From the human T2T-CHM13v2.0 reference genome, Homo sapiens: a DNA stretch of 64,000 nucleotides. Under the pieces are notes generated by a model, which was not told the DNA's origin, did no database searches, and saw nothing but the letters and a program-made list of their open reading frames with translations. The stretch lies in NCBI RefSeq assembly GCF_009914755.1, contig NC_060930.1; one strand, 5' to 3'. The translations under genes were made by a program, and so were the position numbers. Of this stretch, positions 28,921 through 41,056 are shown one piece after another. Every line of letters begins with the position of its first letter. The first letter of the stretch is position 1.

Positions 28921-31900
28921 CCTTGTTGATTTGATATTCAAACTAAGTCCTAATATTAAACAATGTAGGAATTTCAATGAAAATATGACCAAAGGGAGAA
29001 AATGGCTCCCAACCTACTGTAATTAAAGTTCCCTTCTGTTGTTTTAAAATGCTACTATGGATAGAGAAAACAAGATATGGATTTGGAAGAAAATTACCCA
29101 CAGTCTAATTGTCAGATTTATTGACTTAAATGTTACATGGCAATAAAGTTGAAAGAAAAATAAGAAGAAATTCTAAAAGCCAGCATGTTAGATTTATTCC
29201 CTCCACAAAAAGAATTGCTAATATTTATAAAGTGAGATAATATGCCAAATACTTGTACTTGGCATAATTGCATTTTCTCAACAAATCCTATATAATCAAC
29301 ATTGTTTTATTTGTATATGTGTGAAAAATCATGACACCTGCAGTTTAAGTTACATTTGTATGAAACAGTCAATATGTGGCAGAGTCAGAATAAAGCCCAC
29401 GTTTAGATTAAAGGAATTCTCTTTCCATTGCACCAACCCGTATTGCCTGTGGAAACCCTAAACAAGCCATTTAAATTTGTTGGAATTCCGTTTTTCAACT
29501 TTTTAAAACTAAGAGTCCAGTCCTAAATCAAGTTAATGTTTAAATTCTTCACTTATGCTTAGTATGTACATTATTCCAAAATGTGAATTGGTCCCAAATA
29601 TCATATTCATTCTAACAGAGGACATTAAAAGTTTAAAAGATATCTGTTATATGGTTGAACTGATTATATTTTATCGGAAAGTGAAAGGAACTGAAAGGAA
29701 CTACTCAGCATATTTCTAATGAGTATACAGAGGAAAAGTATTTTGCCTCATTTAATTTTGTAAAATCTCTCTCTGGCACATAATTCACAGTCTTTTTTTG
29801 CCCACAGGAATAGTGAGGCAGATATGTATTAATTCATGTCATAATACAAGAATAGGTAGCAATAAAACTCTGGCATTTTCCAAATTGCCAGTATAAAGAA
29901 TTGTCAGAAGAACATGGGTATTAGCTTCAGATTCTCCAAGGGGTTAACATTTATGTTATCTGTTAAATATGAATTATGTATTAACTTCTCATATTTCATA
30001 TATAAAACTTTATGCTTTGGTCCTGTTCCTCAGGATGACCTTGATGTAATCAGAAATAATAGTGTTCTTTACCAAAGACATTAATCAATAACTTTATAAT
30101 ATGAAGCACTATGAATATTTAATGGCTTCAGCTTGAATAATTCAAATCCCGTATTACTAAAAAATAAAGTCAATTGAGTGACTGAGAGTTCCATATTCCA
30201 CAATTCCTACTCTGCTTACTACCTATTCTATTTACTATTCTCTTTACTATTTGAGAAGGGTATGGAGTTGTATATGTTGCAAACATCACGTATCTTTTGT
30301 TCGACTTTCTTGAACACGTCATATTATTTTTTTAGTTCATTTTCTGAATATAAGTAATTTTTGGTGAATTAATACTTTAAACAAGAGTTCACCTGGAAAG
30401 CAGTAGGCAAAATATCATTAAAAATATTATTTTATTAACATACCTTAAAAATGTAATAGGACAATGCATCAAAGAACAATTTCAAAATAAAAACACAGAA
30501 AATAAATGACCAGCAAAATTGCTCTGAAGTCCTAAAAACAGAAATAAATACTTCAATAATCGTAGGTAATATGGAAATCCAGTGTATGACTTACCTATAG
30601 AAAACCCTTCTGGAATTTCATTTAAATCTAACGTCAATATGAGCTATGTAGGAAGTCCATTAATAAATAAGAATACTATATAGGTACACATATATATATT
30701 AATTTTAAGCCATATGCAGCCCTATTTGAAACTGTTAAAAAAAATCATCAGGATTAGTCCATACTGATTATTAAAAAATAAAATTGTCATTGCTTATTGT
30801 AGAAGATAAATGTCAGCTGTGCAGCAGATGTGTTTATAGCCACCCAGTAATCCTATCGCCTCAATAATGCATTTCCCTTTTTTTAGTTAAAAACTTAATT
30901 ACATTAAGAAACTGTATGTGTTTAGGAATATGAATATAGAAGGAGTAATCATCGTTTAGTAAAATAAGTTTTATTTGCATATTAAAATTTACTGTGTTTG
31001 TGAAGATGCTGATAGTACATTACATATGGAGATCCAAGTGCACATAGTCACTAATTCTTTAAACTATGTTTGATATTAGTAATAATTTACTTTACATATA
31101 TATCGGAATTTTATTGAAAAATAGTAAATGACTGCTAATGTACATTATTCTTCCGAGTTGCATTTTTGCTTAATGAAATAGAATTTTTAAAAAAATTGTT
31201 TATCTTTATTCCTACTAGATTATACATTTCATGAGAAAAGCATTATCTCTTTATTAGTTTATTTGTTTACCTATATTAGAACTTGACTTTGAAATAAACC
31301 AGAAAGGAAAGATAGCCATTACACATTTCACTTTCTTGAACTCAGCAGCAGAGATAAGGATGAAATCAATAGCTTGAGAGAACTAGGAAATTTTAGGGCC
31401 GTGTTTGCTTGTGTGTATGTACCTATTGTTAACAAATTGGTAATAGATCATAAATATGATCTAATATTAACTTTTTTTCTGATTGTCAGCCATACAAAAA
31501 AATTTCTCCTAATGGCTGATTATAAATAATAAAGTAAAATCTACAGATTTTTATGTTTTTTAAGACTCTTTTCACCCATAAAAGGTCCCTGGTCTTTCTT
31601 CCATTGATATTATTTTTAAAATTGATAGACATTATTTTTTAGAGAAGTTCTGGGTTTAAAGAAAAATTGATCAGAATAGATAGAATTTCCATAAACTCCA
31701 TCACTCTCCCTCTCTTACAATTTTCCCTATTATTAACATCTTGCATCAGTGTGGTGCATTTGTTACAATTGGTAAACCAGTAATTATCAATACATTACTG
31801 TTAACTAAAGTCCACAGTTTACATTACAGTTTGCTCTTTGTGTTATACATCCTGGGTTTTTTTTTAAACAAATGTATAATGACATATATTTACCCTTATA

Positions 31901-32536
31901 GTATCATAAAGAGTTAATGCCAGTTAATTGTTGAAGGAACTGGGCCTTTTATCCTTAGAAACACCTCTATGTTGTATTTATTTCATTGTATCTATTTCCT
32001 GCCCCTTGACATGTTTCTTAATCTACTCTATTTCTTGTAAACTGGTAGTTAAAAGTAGAGGCTCACTTAGATTCAGCTTCGAATCTTTTAACAAGACAAT
32101 TTGATAGGTGGGCTTGTGCACTTTCCATTGCTTCGCTTTATGAGGTACATAGTGTCTGGTTCTCCAACTTTTAGTCACCAATATTAGCACTAATATGTGG
32201 TTCAGCTGCCATTCATAAATACATGTATATATAACTCATATATTTATGTGAATATATATATTTATGTGTTGATAAATAAAATGATACACAAAAATTAGAA
32301 AATAACATTGAAAGACTGAACATAAAAGTAAACAAGAAGGGATTAACTCTCGAATGCACAGTTTAGAAAAGAATCAAAAGTATATCTTCGAGCTCCTTAG
32401 AATATAATGAAAATGGGGGCTTATAACGACATATTTCTAAGGATTCTGTAGAAACTGCTTTCTCGTTTTAACTTATACCTTTGAATACCCAAGTTACAAA
32501 ACATTAGAAGAAATCAGTGCATCCAATATAAGAAGT

Positions 32537-32589
32537 AAGAAAAAGAAGAAAAAGAAGCAGCAGAAGCAGAAGCAGAAGAAGGAGAAGGA

Positions 32590-32624
<35 letters not shown>

Positions 32625-32652
32625 AGAAGAAGAAGAAGAAGAAGAAAAAGAA

Positions 32653-32687
<35 letters not shown>

Positions 32688-32689
32688 AC

Positions 32690-32720
<31 letters not shown>

Positions 32721-32766
32721 GGAAGAAGAAGAAGAAGAACAGGAAGAAGAAGAGGAAGGAGAGGAG

Positions 32767-32798
<32 letters not shown>

Positions 32799-32854
32799 AG
32801 AAGAAGAAGAAGAAGAAGAAAAAGAAAAAGAAGAAGAAGAAGGAGAAGGAGAAG
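32537..32854 (+). repeat. Complex (GAA)n/(GAG) polypurine tract, ~320 bp
   Basis: Seen directly. Confidence 0.97.
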
Positions 32855-33597
32855 TAGCCCAAAAGAAAACCAGAAAACAGAATGGTGAAGGAAACACAGG
32901 AATTAACTAGAAAATTGGAAAATCTGCTTGGTCATTTGAAAACAAATGGAAAATTGTGAGTCAAATGTCAAAAATAATGATAAGAATAAGGGGCTATGGA
33001 GAAAGCACAAAGGAAAACCAAAAAACATTAGTGAATGCTATTATTAAGATTTTAGAAATGTGGCAGGATAATTTTTTTAAGTATTGCTTTGTGTTTGATC
33101 TCCGTTTCCTTATACTACTCACCTCATCTGTTCAAGGCAGTAACCGTATTTTATAGGACCTTAACTCTACACATGGTGATGAAGTGAGTTAAACACAGTC
33201 TACATAGACAGTGTTTCGGTACTCAGGAAGCTCCCATTCTAGGGGAGAGAAAAACAAACCAATAATTCAAAGACATACTTTCCGGAGGAGACGATATTTG
33301 TGAAGATGTAATAGGAACTGAGAGATCGTGTGGGCATCACTTTTAGCTGTACTTGTCTAAAGACGGGAAATTTGCGCTGACACCTGAGTACCTAGAAGTG
33401 CCAAACCTGTGGCAGGAGTGGAAAAGAAGGGAGGATGGAAGCAGGGGCAACAAGACTCTTACACGGGGATCAATAAAACACGGGCTCTAGGGAGGCGGCA
33501 GTTTCCTCTGATCTTCTCCCAGATAAGAGGCACAGATGTCGTCAACAGGAGAAACAACGGGGAATACAAACTAAAAGACATAAACCAGACAAGAAAT

Positions 33598-33670
33598 TAG
33601 AGAATGCGGGCGTCGATCCCGCTACCTCTCGCATGCTAAGGGAGCGCTCTACCGCTTGAGCTAATTTCCC
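33598..33670 (-). tRNA. TRA-AGC: tRNA-Ala(AGC), degenerate copy (A1)
   Basis: Minus strand GGGAAATTAGCTCAAGCGGTAGAGCGCTCCCTTAGCATGCGAGAGGTAGCGGGATCGACGCCCGCATTCTCTA (73 nt). Anticodon AGC and G3:U70 are retained, but G1:U72, A4:C69 and C30:C40 mispairs suggest impairment. Confidence 0.9.
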
Positions 33671-34309
33671 GAGGGAGAAATGCTGCACCCCACCCATTTT
33701 CCTGGTTATTAGGAGCATGCTGGTGCTTTGTGTCGCCAAACCCCTGGCAGGACAAGATTGAGGGCGGAGCTTCTCAGATACTGCCTTCAGCAAAGTTCTA
33801 TGAGCCTGACAGTGCGAAGAATAGGGATTTCCAAAGAAGGTCATGAGGGAGACCTCTCTCCTCACTTCCCAATTTCGCCTTCTTCATCTCTCGGAATTAG
33901 AGAGCACATTCTGGATGGAGAAGCACCACCCGGAACTGCCTGGCTTGGGGGCACAGCTATTCCAGCACGCTCTAGAGTTGTGATCGTCACCTGCTCCTTG
34001 CCGCCACCGCCGCCCGGAAGTGGTGGGACAGCTTCTCCCAGCCCCAGAGCTTCACGGCATAGCCGCATCTTCAATAGCACTTTCCTCCTGTAGGACTCAG
34101 AAAGTGATGGAGAACCTTGGAGGAGTTGAGAAAGAGAAAGCTTGAGAATTTTCATCTCAATCTGTGGATTCATTCCTGAAGCACTTCTTCAGCACCAGGC
34201 ACAGTGGATGAGGCCAATAATCCACACAGATACTGCCACAACAATAACGAGTACTGTGCAACTGTCATCTAGGCCAGATACCATTGGTAGCCTAGGGATT
34301 AAAAGAAGC

Positions 34310-34382
34310 TGGAGAATGCAGGCATCGATCCTGCTACCTCTTGCATGCTAAGCAGGCGCTCTACCGCTTGAGCTAATCCCCC
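34310..34382 (-). tRNA. TRA-AGC: tRNA-Ala(AGC) (A2)
   Basis: GGGGGATTAGCTCAAGCGGTAGAGCGCCTGCTTAGCATGCAAGAGGTAGCAGGATCGATGCCTGCATTCTCCA. Cloverleaf with G3:U70 and one C28:A42 mismatch; T4 follows 5 nt downstream. Confidence 0.93.
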
Positions 34383-34854
34383 ACACTACACTTGTCTTTT
34401 CTGCCAATTTTTATAACCGGGACACAAATAGCGTCCTATGTCCCACTTAAGTTTCCAGGTTTTCGAACACCTCCGGAAACTTCCCTACCAAGGCGAAGCC
34501 AGGAGTGAAGCTTCTGGGAGACAGCCTCAGACCTGGAAGGCAGTGACCATCCTCTGCTTTTTCAATCTGAGTCGGGATCCTGAGAAAGAGAGAAAAGATC
34601 TCATTAGGAAAGCTCTAGTTCTAATCTGATTTCACTCTCCCATTAGATGAAAGAGAAGGAAGTACCGTCCCTAATTAGCAGTTACCTCAAATGCTCTGTT
34701 GAATGCATCACTTTTTAAGAACACAAACCTGGAAATAAACCCAAGTATCTTTTCACCGATTGATCCTTCAAGTAACTTATCTTCATCTAATATCTCTGTT
34801 ACTAATTGTTTCTCCATTCAGGGGAGTTGAGATCTGTTGTTACCTATTAATCCT

Positions 34855-36545
34855 TGATAGATTTAATTTGCATTTTAGTACTGATTAATGTTGTTGAACA
34901 TCTTTTAGTGTGCCTATTGGCCATATAAGCATCTTATTTTGTGAAATGCCTGCTCAAGATTTTGGCCTTATCCTTACTGAGTGTTTGTATCACTGAGTTC
35001 TAAAATGTGTTCTATATTCTCCATAAAAGTCCTGTTATATATGTATCTATAACACATATGATGTAAAACAACTATGTGTGCATATGACATACATTACATT
35101 TCTTTTCAAGTCTATGTCTTGCCTTTTCATTTTCTTAATATTGTCTTTCAAAGAAAAACATTTTGATATTTTATGAAATCCAGTGTATCTTTTTTTGTAA
35201 GGGCTCATGCTTTTCTGGTCCCTTCTGAAAAAGCTTTGCCTACATCAAATATGCGTAGACTTCTTTTCTTCTTTTCTTCTACAAGTTTGATATCTTTAAC
35301 GTTAAGCTTTTTGTATATAAACTATTTTGATTTAATTGTTGTACAGGATGTGAGGTAAGGGTAGGGAATCCTTTTTTCCATACTCAGATGCCTGGGACCA
35401 TTTGTTTAAAAAAACATTTTACCTCTGTCATAAATCAGTTGACCACATACATTGGTCTATTTCTGGACTATCTATTCTATTCCATCAATCTGGGTAAGTA
35501 TCCTTGAGAAAATACCACATTATTTTGATTACCTTAGCTTTATAATAAGTCTTGAAATTACTTGGTGTAAGTCCTCTAACTTTGTTTTTCTTTTCCTAAT
35601 TATTTAGGTTACTCTAGGTCCTTCAGAATAAGCTTGTCAATTTCTGTAAAAACAAACAAACAAAACAAAACAAAAACTCCTGCTGGGATATTTGTTGGGA
35701 TTGTAGTAAATCTATAGATCAACTCAGAGTAAAAAAAGTTATCTAAATAATATTAAATTTCTCAATCTGTAAATATGGCAAACAACACCAATTATTCAGG
35801 TTTTCCTGAGTTTTTCTCAGCCATCTTTTGTAGATTTCTAGGCACAAGTCTTGTGCACATTGACAAGTTTATCTCTAAATATTTCATTTGTTTTAAACCT
35901 ATTGAAAATGGTAATTTAATTTTCCATTTTTGTTGATGCTAGTACATAGAAATACAATTAATTTTTTTATATTGTAATCTGAGACATAGCTGCATTTACT
36001 TATAATGCTTATTTTTGTAGATGCATTAGGATTTTTTGTGTATCTGATCATGTTGTTTGCAAATGAATATATTTTTCTTTTCTAAAGTGAGTATGTCATT
36101 TATTTTTCATTCATGCGTTCCTTACTTTCTGGCACTAGCTAGGACTTTCAGTAAAATGTAGAAGTAGTAAGAACAGATATTTTGCATTTTTCTCCAATAT
36201 TAAAGGGTACATATTTATTCTTCCACTATTAACCATGTTGCTAGTTGTAGGAGTTTCTTAAATGCCCATTATTCATCGAAGGAATTTTTCTTCTATTCTT
36301 AGTTTACTGAGATATTTTTAAACACCACGAATGAATGGCAAATTTGGTCCAATATTTCTTCTGCATCTAGTGAGATGATGACATGTATTTTTTGTTTTGT
36401 TAATGTAGTATATTACATTTAATTGACTTTTCAATGCTTAACTAGTTTTTTATTCCCAAGGCAATCTCCCCTAACTCTTGGTGCATTATGCTTTATAGAT
36501 AATGCTGGATTCAATTTGTTAATATTTTAATTCAATATCTGTTGG
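34855..36545 (-). mobile_element. Old L1M fragment (copy A)
   Basis: L1 antisense motifs (ctagctaggactttcagta; ttcttctgcatctagtgagatgat). Confidence 0.75.
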
Positions 36546-39289
36546 TAAATGTGTCAGAGAAGGGTCTCCAAGCGTGGAACGCGCTGCTTTCGCAGCCCAA
36601 AGAAACATGGTGAGCATAGTGCTCCCTTCTAAGTGATGGGAGCTTTGAGGTGCAACAATGAGTCTTTTGGAGGAAATGTCTCAGAATTTCACAGATCCTA
36701 AAAACTTTCATTCACGAACCAGGTCGATGAATGGTTTCTGTGTTTCTCTCCCACCCTCTGGAGCATGCAGGGCTTAACAAAATCTATAACTTACTTGACA
36801 CTTCTTGCTCATTGAAGATTTAAATGATACTATCAATACAGTGTACCAATGTTTTGCTGATGGTCCAGACAGTTCAATTCTCTTTGGACTAGATTAGGAA
36901 AAATTGGGGGACTTGATATACCTCTGGAGTAGGAACATAAATGCATACTTTCGTCTAGTCCATGTGAATATGAACTATTTCTGTTCCTCCTTCCTGATAG
37001 CAATAGAAAATAATGCATTCCCCAAATCAAAGACTGCATGCCAAAGACCATGCAATTTTTGCTTCTATGTTCATATTGTTTGTAACATGATTAATTTATT
37101 AACTTTACATTCCAATTCTATTTTCTTAATTCTATTTTAAGTAAAAAGTGTTAATTATGAGAAATTCTGCACTATGGCACTGCTAATGTTGCAATCTATA
37201 TCCCAGACTTCGTTTTACCGACAGAAGAAAGAATACCCTCATCAATTTCTCATGTCTTCGGAAGAAGGGACATGGGTTTGTAGTGGAATTCATGACTTTT
37301 TCTGCCTGAATATTAATTAGCAGAAGCACGTTCCATTTCTTTATATAAACCCACTCTTAGAACCAAGGTGAACTGAGTGAAAAAAATACTTGCCTTTATA
37401 TTTCTCTTATCAAACTAACCATTCTTCAATCTACCTTTATCACTTTTCTCCCAGGACCTCCTAGTGGAAGAAACTGTGAAAATGGCTGGTGTCACTTCAG
37501 ACGCAAAAGGAAAAGTGGCACATCATGTTCAGAATCCGATTAAATAGTGTCAGTAATTATTACCTCTGCTTAAAGGATTCAGAGCTGAGTTTGTTCAGCT
37601 ACCCTGCCCTGACTAATGGCATCATGCAGGTGTACTTAGAAGTAAATTTAAAATTCCCCCTTACTTTAGGATCACACAACTCCTAGGGTAATTGCAGGAG
37701 TGATTGGGAAAGAGCAGTCTACTCTGAGGAGGTCAGATGGAGACCAAGTGAATCCTGTAGAATAGAAGTAGTGTCATATGACAAAAATGCAAATCCAACA
37801 CTACTACGTCTTGGATTTCTTCTTTGTTTCCTTGATTAATTTTCTTGCTTCACTCCAAAAATCATAGCATAAAGCAAATTATTGTTCTACCTATTGCTTT
37901 CCACTTTACTCATCTTTCGTCTGGTGTCTGTGTGATTATGTCTCCATTAGAGACTGAGATCTGTTATTACCTATTAAATCCCTTCATTCCAGGATGTGGA
38001 ACTAATTAGATAAGTTTCAGATTGTTGAATTTAGTGGTTATTTTAGAGGTAATTAGATGGTTAAATTTAACACTTGTAGCTCCACATAATGATGGAGTGC
38101 AAATATCTATTTATTCATAAATATCCATAGGCAGGGATCAGAATCAACATTTAGAAGACCTACTCCCTCAAAACAAGACGACCAAGAAAACAAATTGATT
38201 CTACTACCTTGGATTTATTAAACTTGCTGAGCAAAGAGCCGTACCTCTGTGGAGTCCCAGTACTGCCTAAAACAAGGGTGAGTCAGAGACCAGAATTTAA
38301 AGGGTTTGGGGACTGGAGCTATTCATAGGACACTTTTAGGGGGAAAGTTAGTAAGGTCCTTCTCAGGAGGGACTAGACAATTTCTAAACTAGGCGAATCA
38401 TAGGTTTATTCAGTGGAACTTAGCTGCTGGAACATGAAGATCTGCGCAGAGTTGCTGGATCCGTTTGGCTTTGGTCTTATCTTGGATCATCGGGTCTGAG
38501 TAAGCTGGTGTTAAAACAATTAGAGCTTAGTGTAGCATGGCAGGGTTTGTAGACTTGTCCTGTGCTGTAAGTCACAGGGCTTTTGCAACTTCTGTGTTTG
38601 TTCATTTCTCAATTTGCCCTCTTTCCTCACCAACAGAACTGCCCAAGAAATCAACTTACAGTATAGCTACTGGAACTTAGCTCCGAAAATGTCCTCTGCA
38701 AATCTAGAACACTTGTTTTTTTTCCAAATAAGAAAGTTGAAGAGCAAAACGACGTGTCTAACGTCACACATTGAGCTAAAGACAGATAGGATCTGGCATG
38801 CGTTTGTCAGTTAACAGTGCTAGCACAAATACAACTCTTGTTAAAATCGTAAGGATTTTATGTCGTGAGACACTCAGGACTCACCTGATCTCGGTGTTCA
38901 GTTGTGCGTAGTTTTTGATTTGCACCTCGCCCTTGGGCAAGTGCAGAATCCTGGGGTTATACAAAGCGCATCACAGTTAACCCCTTTGTCCCAGTCCGCA
39001 GAATGAGAGCTCAGAGCCCGGCCATGGGAGGCTGGGTTATATAGGCAGGAAAATCAAGGAACCCAGGTATGAGCAGGGGCGTTTGTGGCGCGGAGAGAGC
39101 TCCTATCCCTGCCGTCCATCTACGTCTCAGGCTTGGCCCCTGGCGTGCAGAAAACCGCATCTCCCGAAATCCCAGAACGTAAACGTCGCCCAGGTACTCG
39201 CTCTCTTGTCATTCTCCGGGATGTAAAAGACTCGGGGTCTCTTCACGGATCACTGAAACCGCCTTCTCCGAGGCCTCCAGGGTGACTAA

Positions 39290-39522
39290 AAGAAAGGGTG
39301 CGTGTTCTGTGTTCTCCCGCCGGTGTGTTCCTCTTCATGTCCAGCCGCTTGTGTCTGTGCCCGCTAGGGTCTCGGGAGTTTTTATAGGCACAGGATGGGG
39401 GCGTGGCGGGTCAGGGTGGTCTTGGGAAATGCAACGTTTGGCCGCGGAGGAAGGAGTGCCCGTCCTCACCTAGGTCCATGGGCACAGGCCCGGCGGCGGA
39501 GCCCTGCTCCCCTCCCTTATCA
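39290..39522 (-). mobile_element. ERV1 LTR 5' fragment (MER52/LTR1/LTR28 group)
   Basis: The minus strand begins TGATAAGGGAGG and contains GCCACGCCCCCATCCTGTGCCTATAAAAAC, which I recall as typical of this LTR group. Confidence 0.65.
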
Positions 39523-40974
39523 GTACCGCGGTTAGTGCTCTGCTTTATGGCCGCGGCAATCTCAGACACTTTCGGAGCGTGTTTTTTTTTTCTTGTCCTT
39601 TCGCTCCCCTTTTCGGGCGCCAGCTTTCAAACCAGACCAAAGGTGTGCTTTCCCCCATTATCTCCCAGCCTTCTTTCCTTTTCGCCTCTACTCAAGGCTG
39701 TGTCCACAATTAAGCTCTCAGGAGGAGGAGGCCTCCAGCTGCCTCAAGGAAGGGCATTTCTCGCAGTGCAAAGTGCGGAAGAGGGGAGCCATACCGACTG
39801 AAATCTTAACCAGAGTCGGTTTGCATAGAGGCTGCAATGGATAGAATCTCAGAAGTGAGGCGGAAAGACAGGCCAGCCCTGCGAAAGATGGATTGGAGAG
39901 AGGTGAGAATCTAGTTCAAAAGCCGGGAGAAGGAACAGGACATTAGCACAGTAGTCTAGGCAGAGAGCTGGACCATCTGTAATACGGCAAGGGGGTTGGT
40001 TGAGATTTCCTTTATTCAGTTATTCGAAATGTATCTATTGAGCTATTTATTAGTCCCTGGGTGCTGTGGGTGTTCCTGCGTATTCAACCACCTTGTCGAC
40101 GCTGCAGGATGCGGCCCCATTACCCAGGACCCAAAGAACTTCCAAAAATGAATCCCGAGGAACAGCTGTTTCTCTACCGGAGAAGTGGGCAGCCAGGCGG
40201 AAACACGCAGGGAAATAGTTCTGTTTGGGACAGAAGGCATCAACCTCGTAAGACCCAGCGATCAGCAGAGCTCCCGGAGAGTGTTTCTTAATCTAGAGGT
40301 CATGAGTCGGGCTTCAAAGTTGTCTTGTCGTGCGTAAAATACCAATGGACTTACACCTGTTTCATCGAGAAGGAATACAATGCGAACACAAAGACTGTAA
40401 TGGAACGTATTTCTCTACAGTGTCCTTTTCAGATAGAAATACGAGAGCGTTTTCCTGAGTTTTCTAAAAATGGGGTGGGGTAGGGATCAAATACTCACTT
40501 TTGGGAAACATGGGCGAATACAGTGGGAGTCGTGCTGGAAGTTACGAGCAGAGGAGCCTGGGTGGGGACTTATATTGGCCTTGACGGCCCGTGGAAAGAA
40601 ACTGGCGGTAATTCCTTCCGTTTTCCGTCAATTTCTTCACGGGTTGCTCGGAAGCTACGGAAGCAAAGTAGAAAGGAGTGATAAGGGCAGGCCACAGTAC
40701 CGGCGGACGGTGATGGCGTTGCGTTTAAAAGGGTGGTCACTGAAACCCCTTGTCATGAAACACTGAAGCAGGTGACATTTGAACTTTCCTTCCTCAGAAT
40801 TGTATTTTAACTGAAATGTCAGGGTTCGGAGAAATTTGCCGAGGATCGTAACCAAGTTAGCAAAGATCGCAGGTTCTTTCCAGTTCCGAGAAGTTCAGAA
40901 AAGTTTCTTCGGTGATTGGAATAACGTTCGCCTTTAAACTTCTCAAGAGATTTAGGGTGGGTTTTAGTAAGCGG

Positions 40975-41048
40975 GGCCGGTTAGCTCAGTCGGTTAGAGC
41001 GTGGTGCTAATAACGCCAAGGTCGCGGGTTCGATCCCCGTGCCGGTCA
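40975..41048 (+). tRNA. TRI-AAT: tRNA-Ile(AAT), variant acceptor stem
   Basis: GGCCGGTTAGCTCAGTCGGTTAGAGCGTGGTGCTAATAACGCCAAGGTCGCGGGTTCGATCCCCGTGCCGGTCA (74 nt) with intact A and B boxes and T7 downstream. Confidence 0.96.
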
Positions 41049-41056
41049 GAAGCGGC

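Larger units (their letters stand above)
38850..41050. promoter_or_regulatory. CpG-island-like region upstream of tRNA-Ile (copy A)
   Basis: Visibly high GC and CpG density compared with the CpG-poor surroundings (not computed). Confidence 0.7.

Noticed and set aside
32494-32897. Poly-Phe and poly-Ser ORFs
   Set aside because: Translations of the GAA repeat.
34014-34021. ETS motif CCGGAAGT between the Ala genes, also at 54664-54671
   Set aside because: A single 8-mer whose conservation is expected from the duplication.
36545-37330. Unique-looking sequence that might be a pseudogene relic
   Set aside because: No recognisable protein similarity in the translations; needs BLASTX.
39085-40855. 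ORFs identical or nearly so in both copies
   Set aside because: Identity reflects DNA-level duplication or conversion in all frames, not coding constraint.
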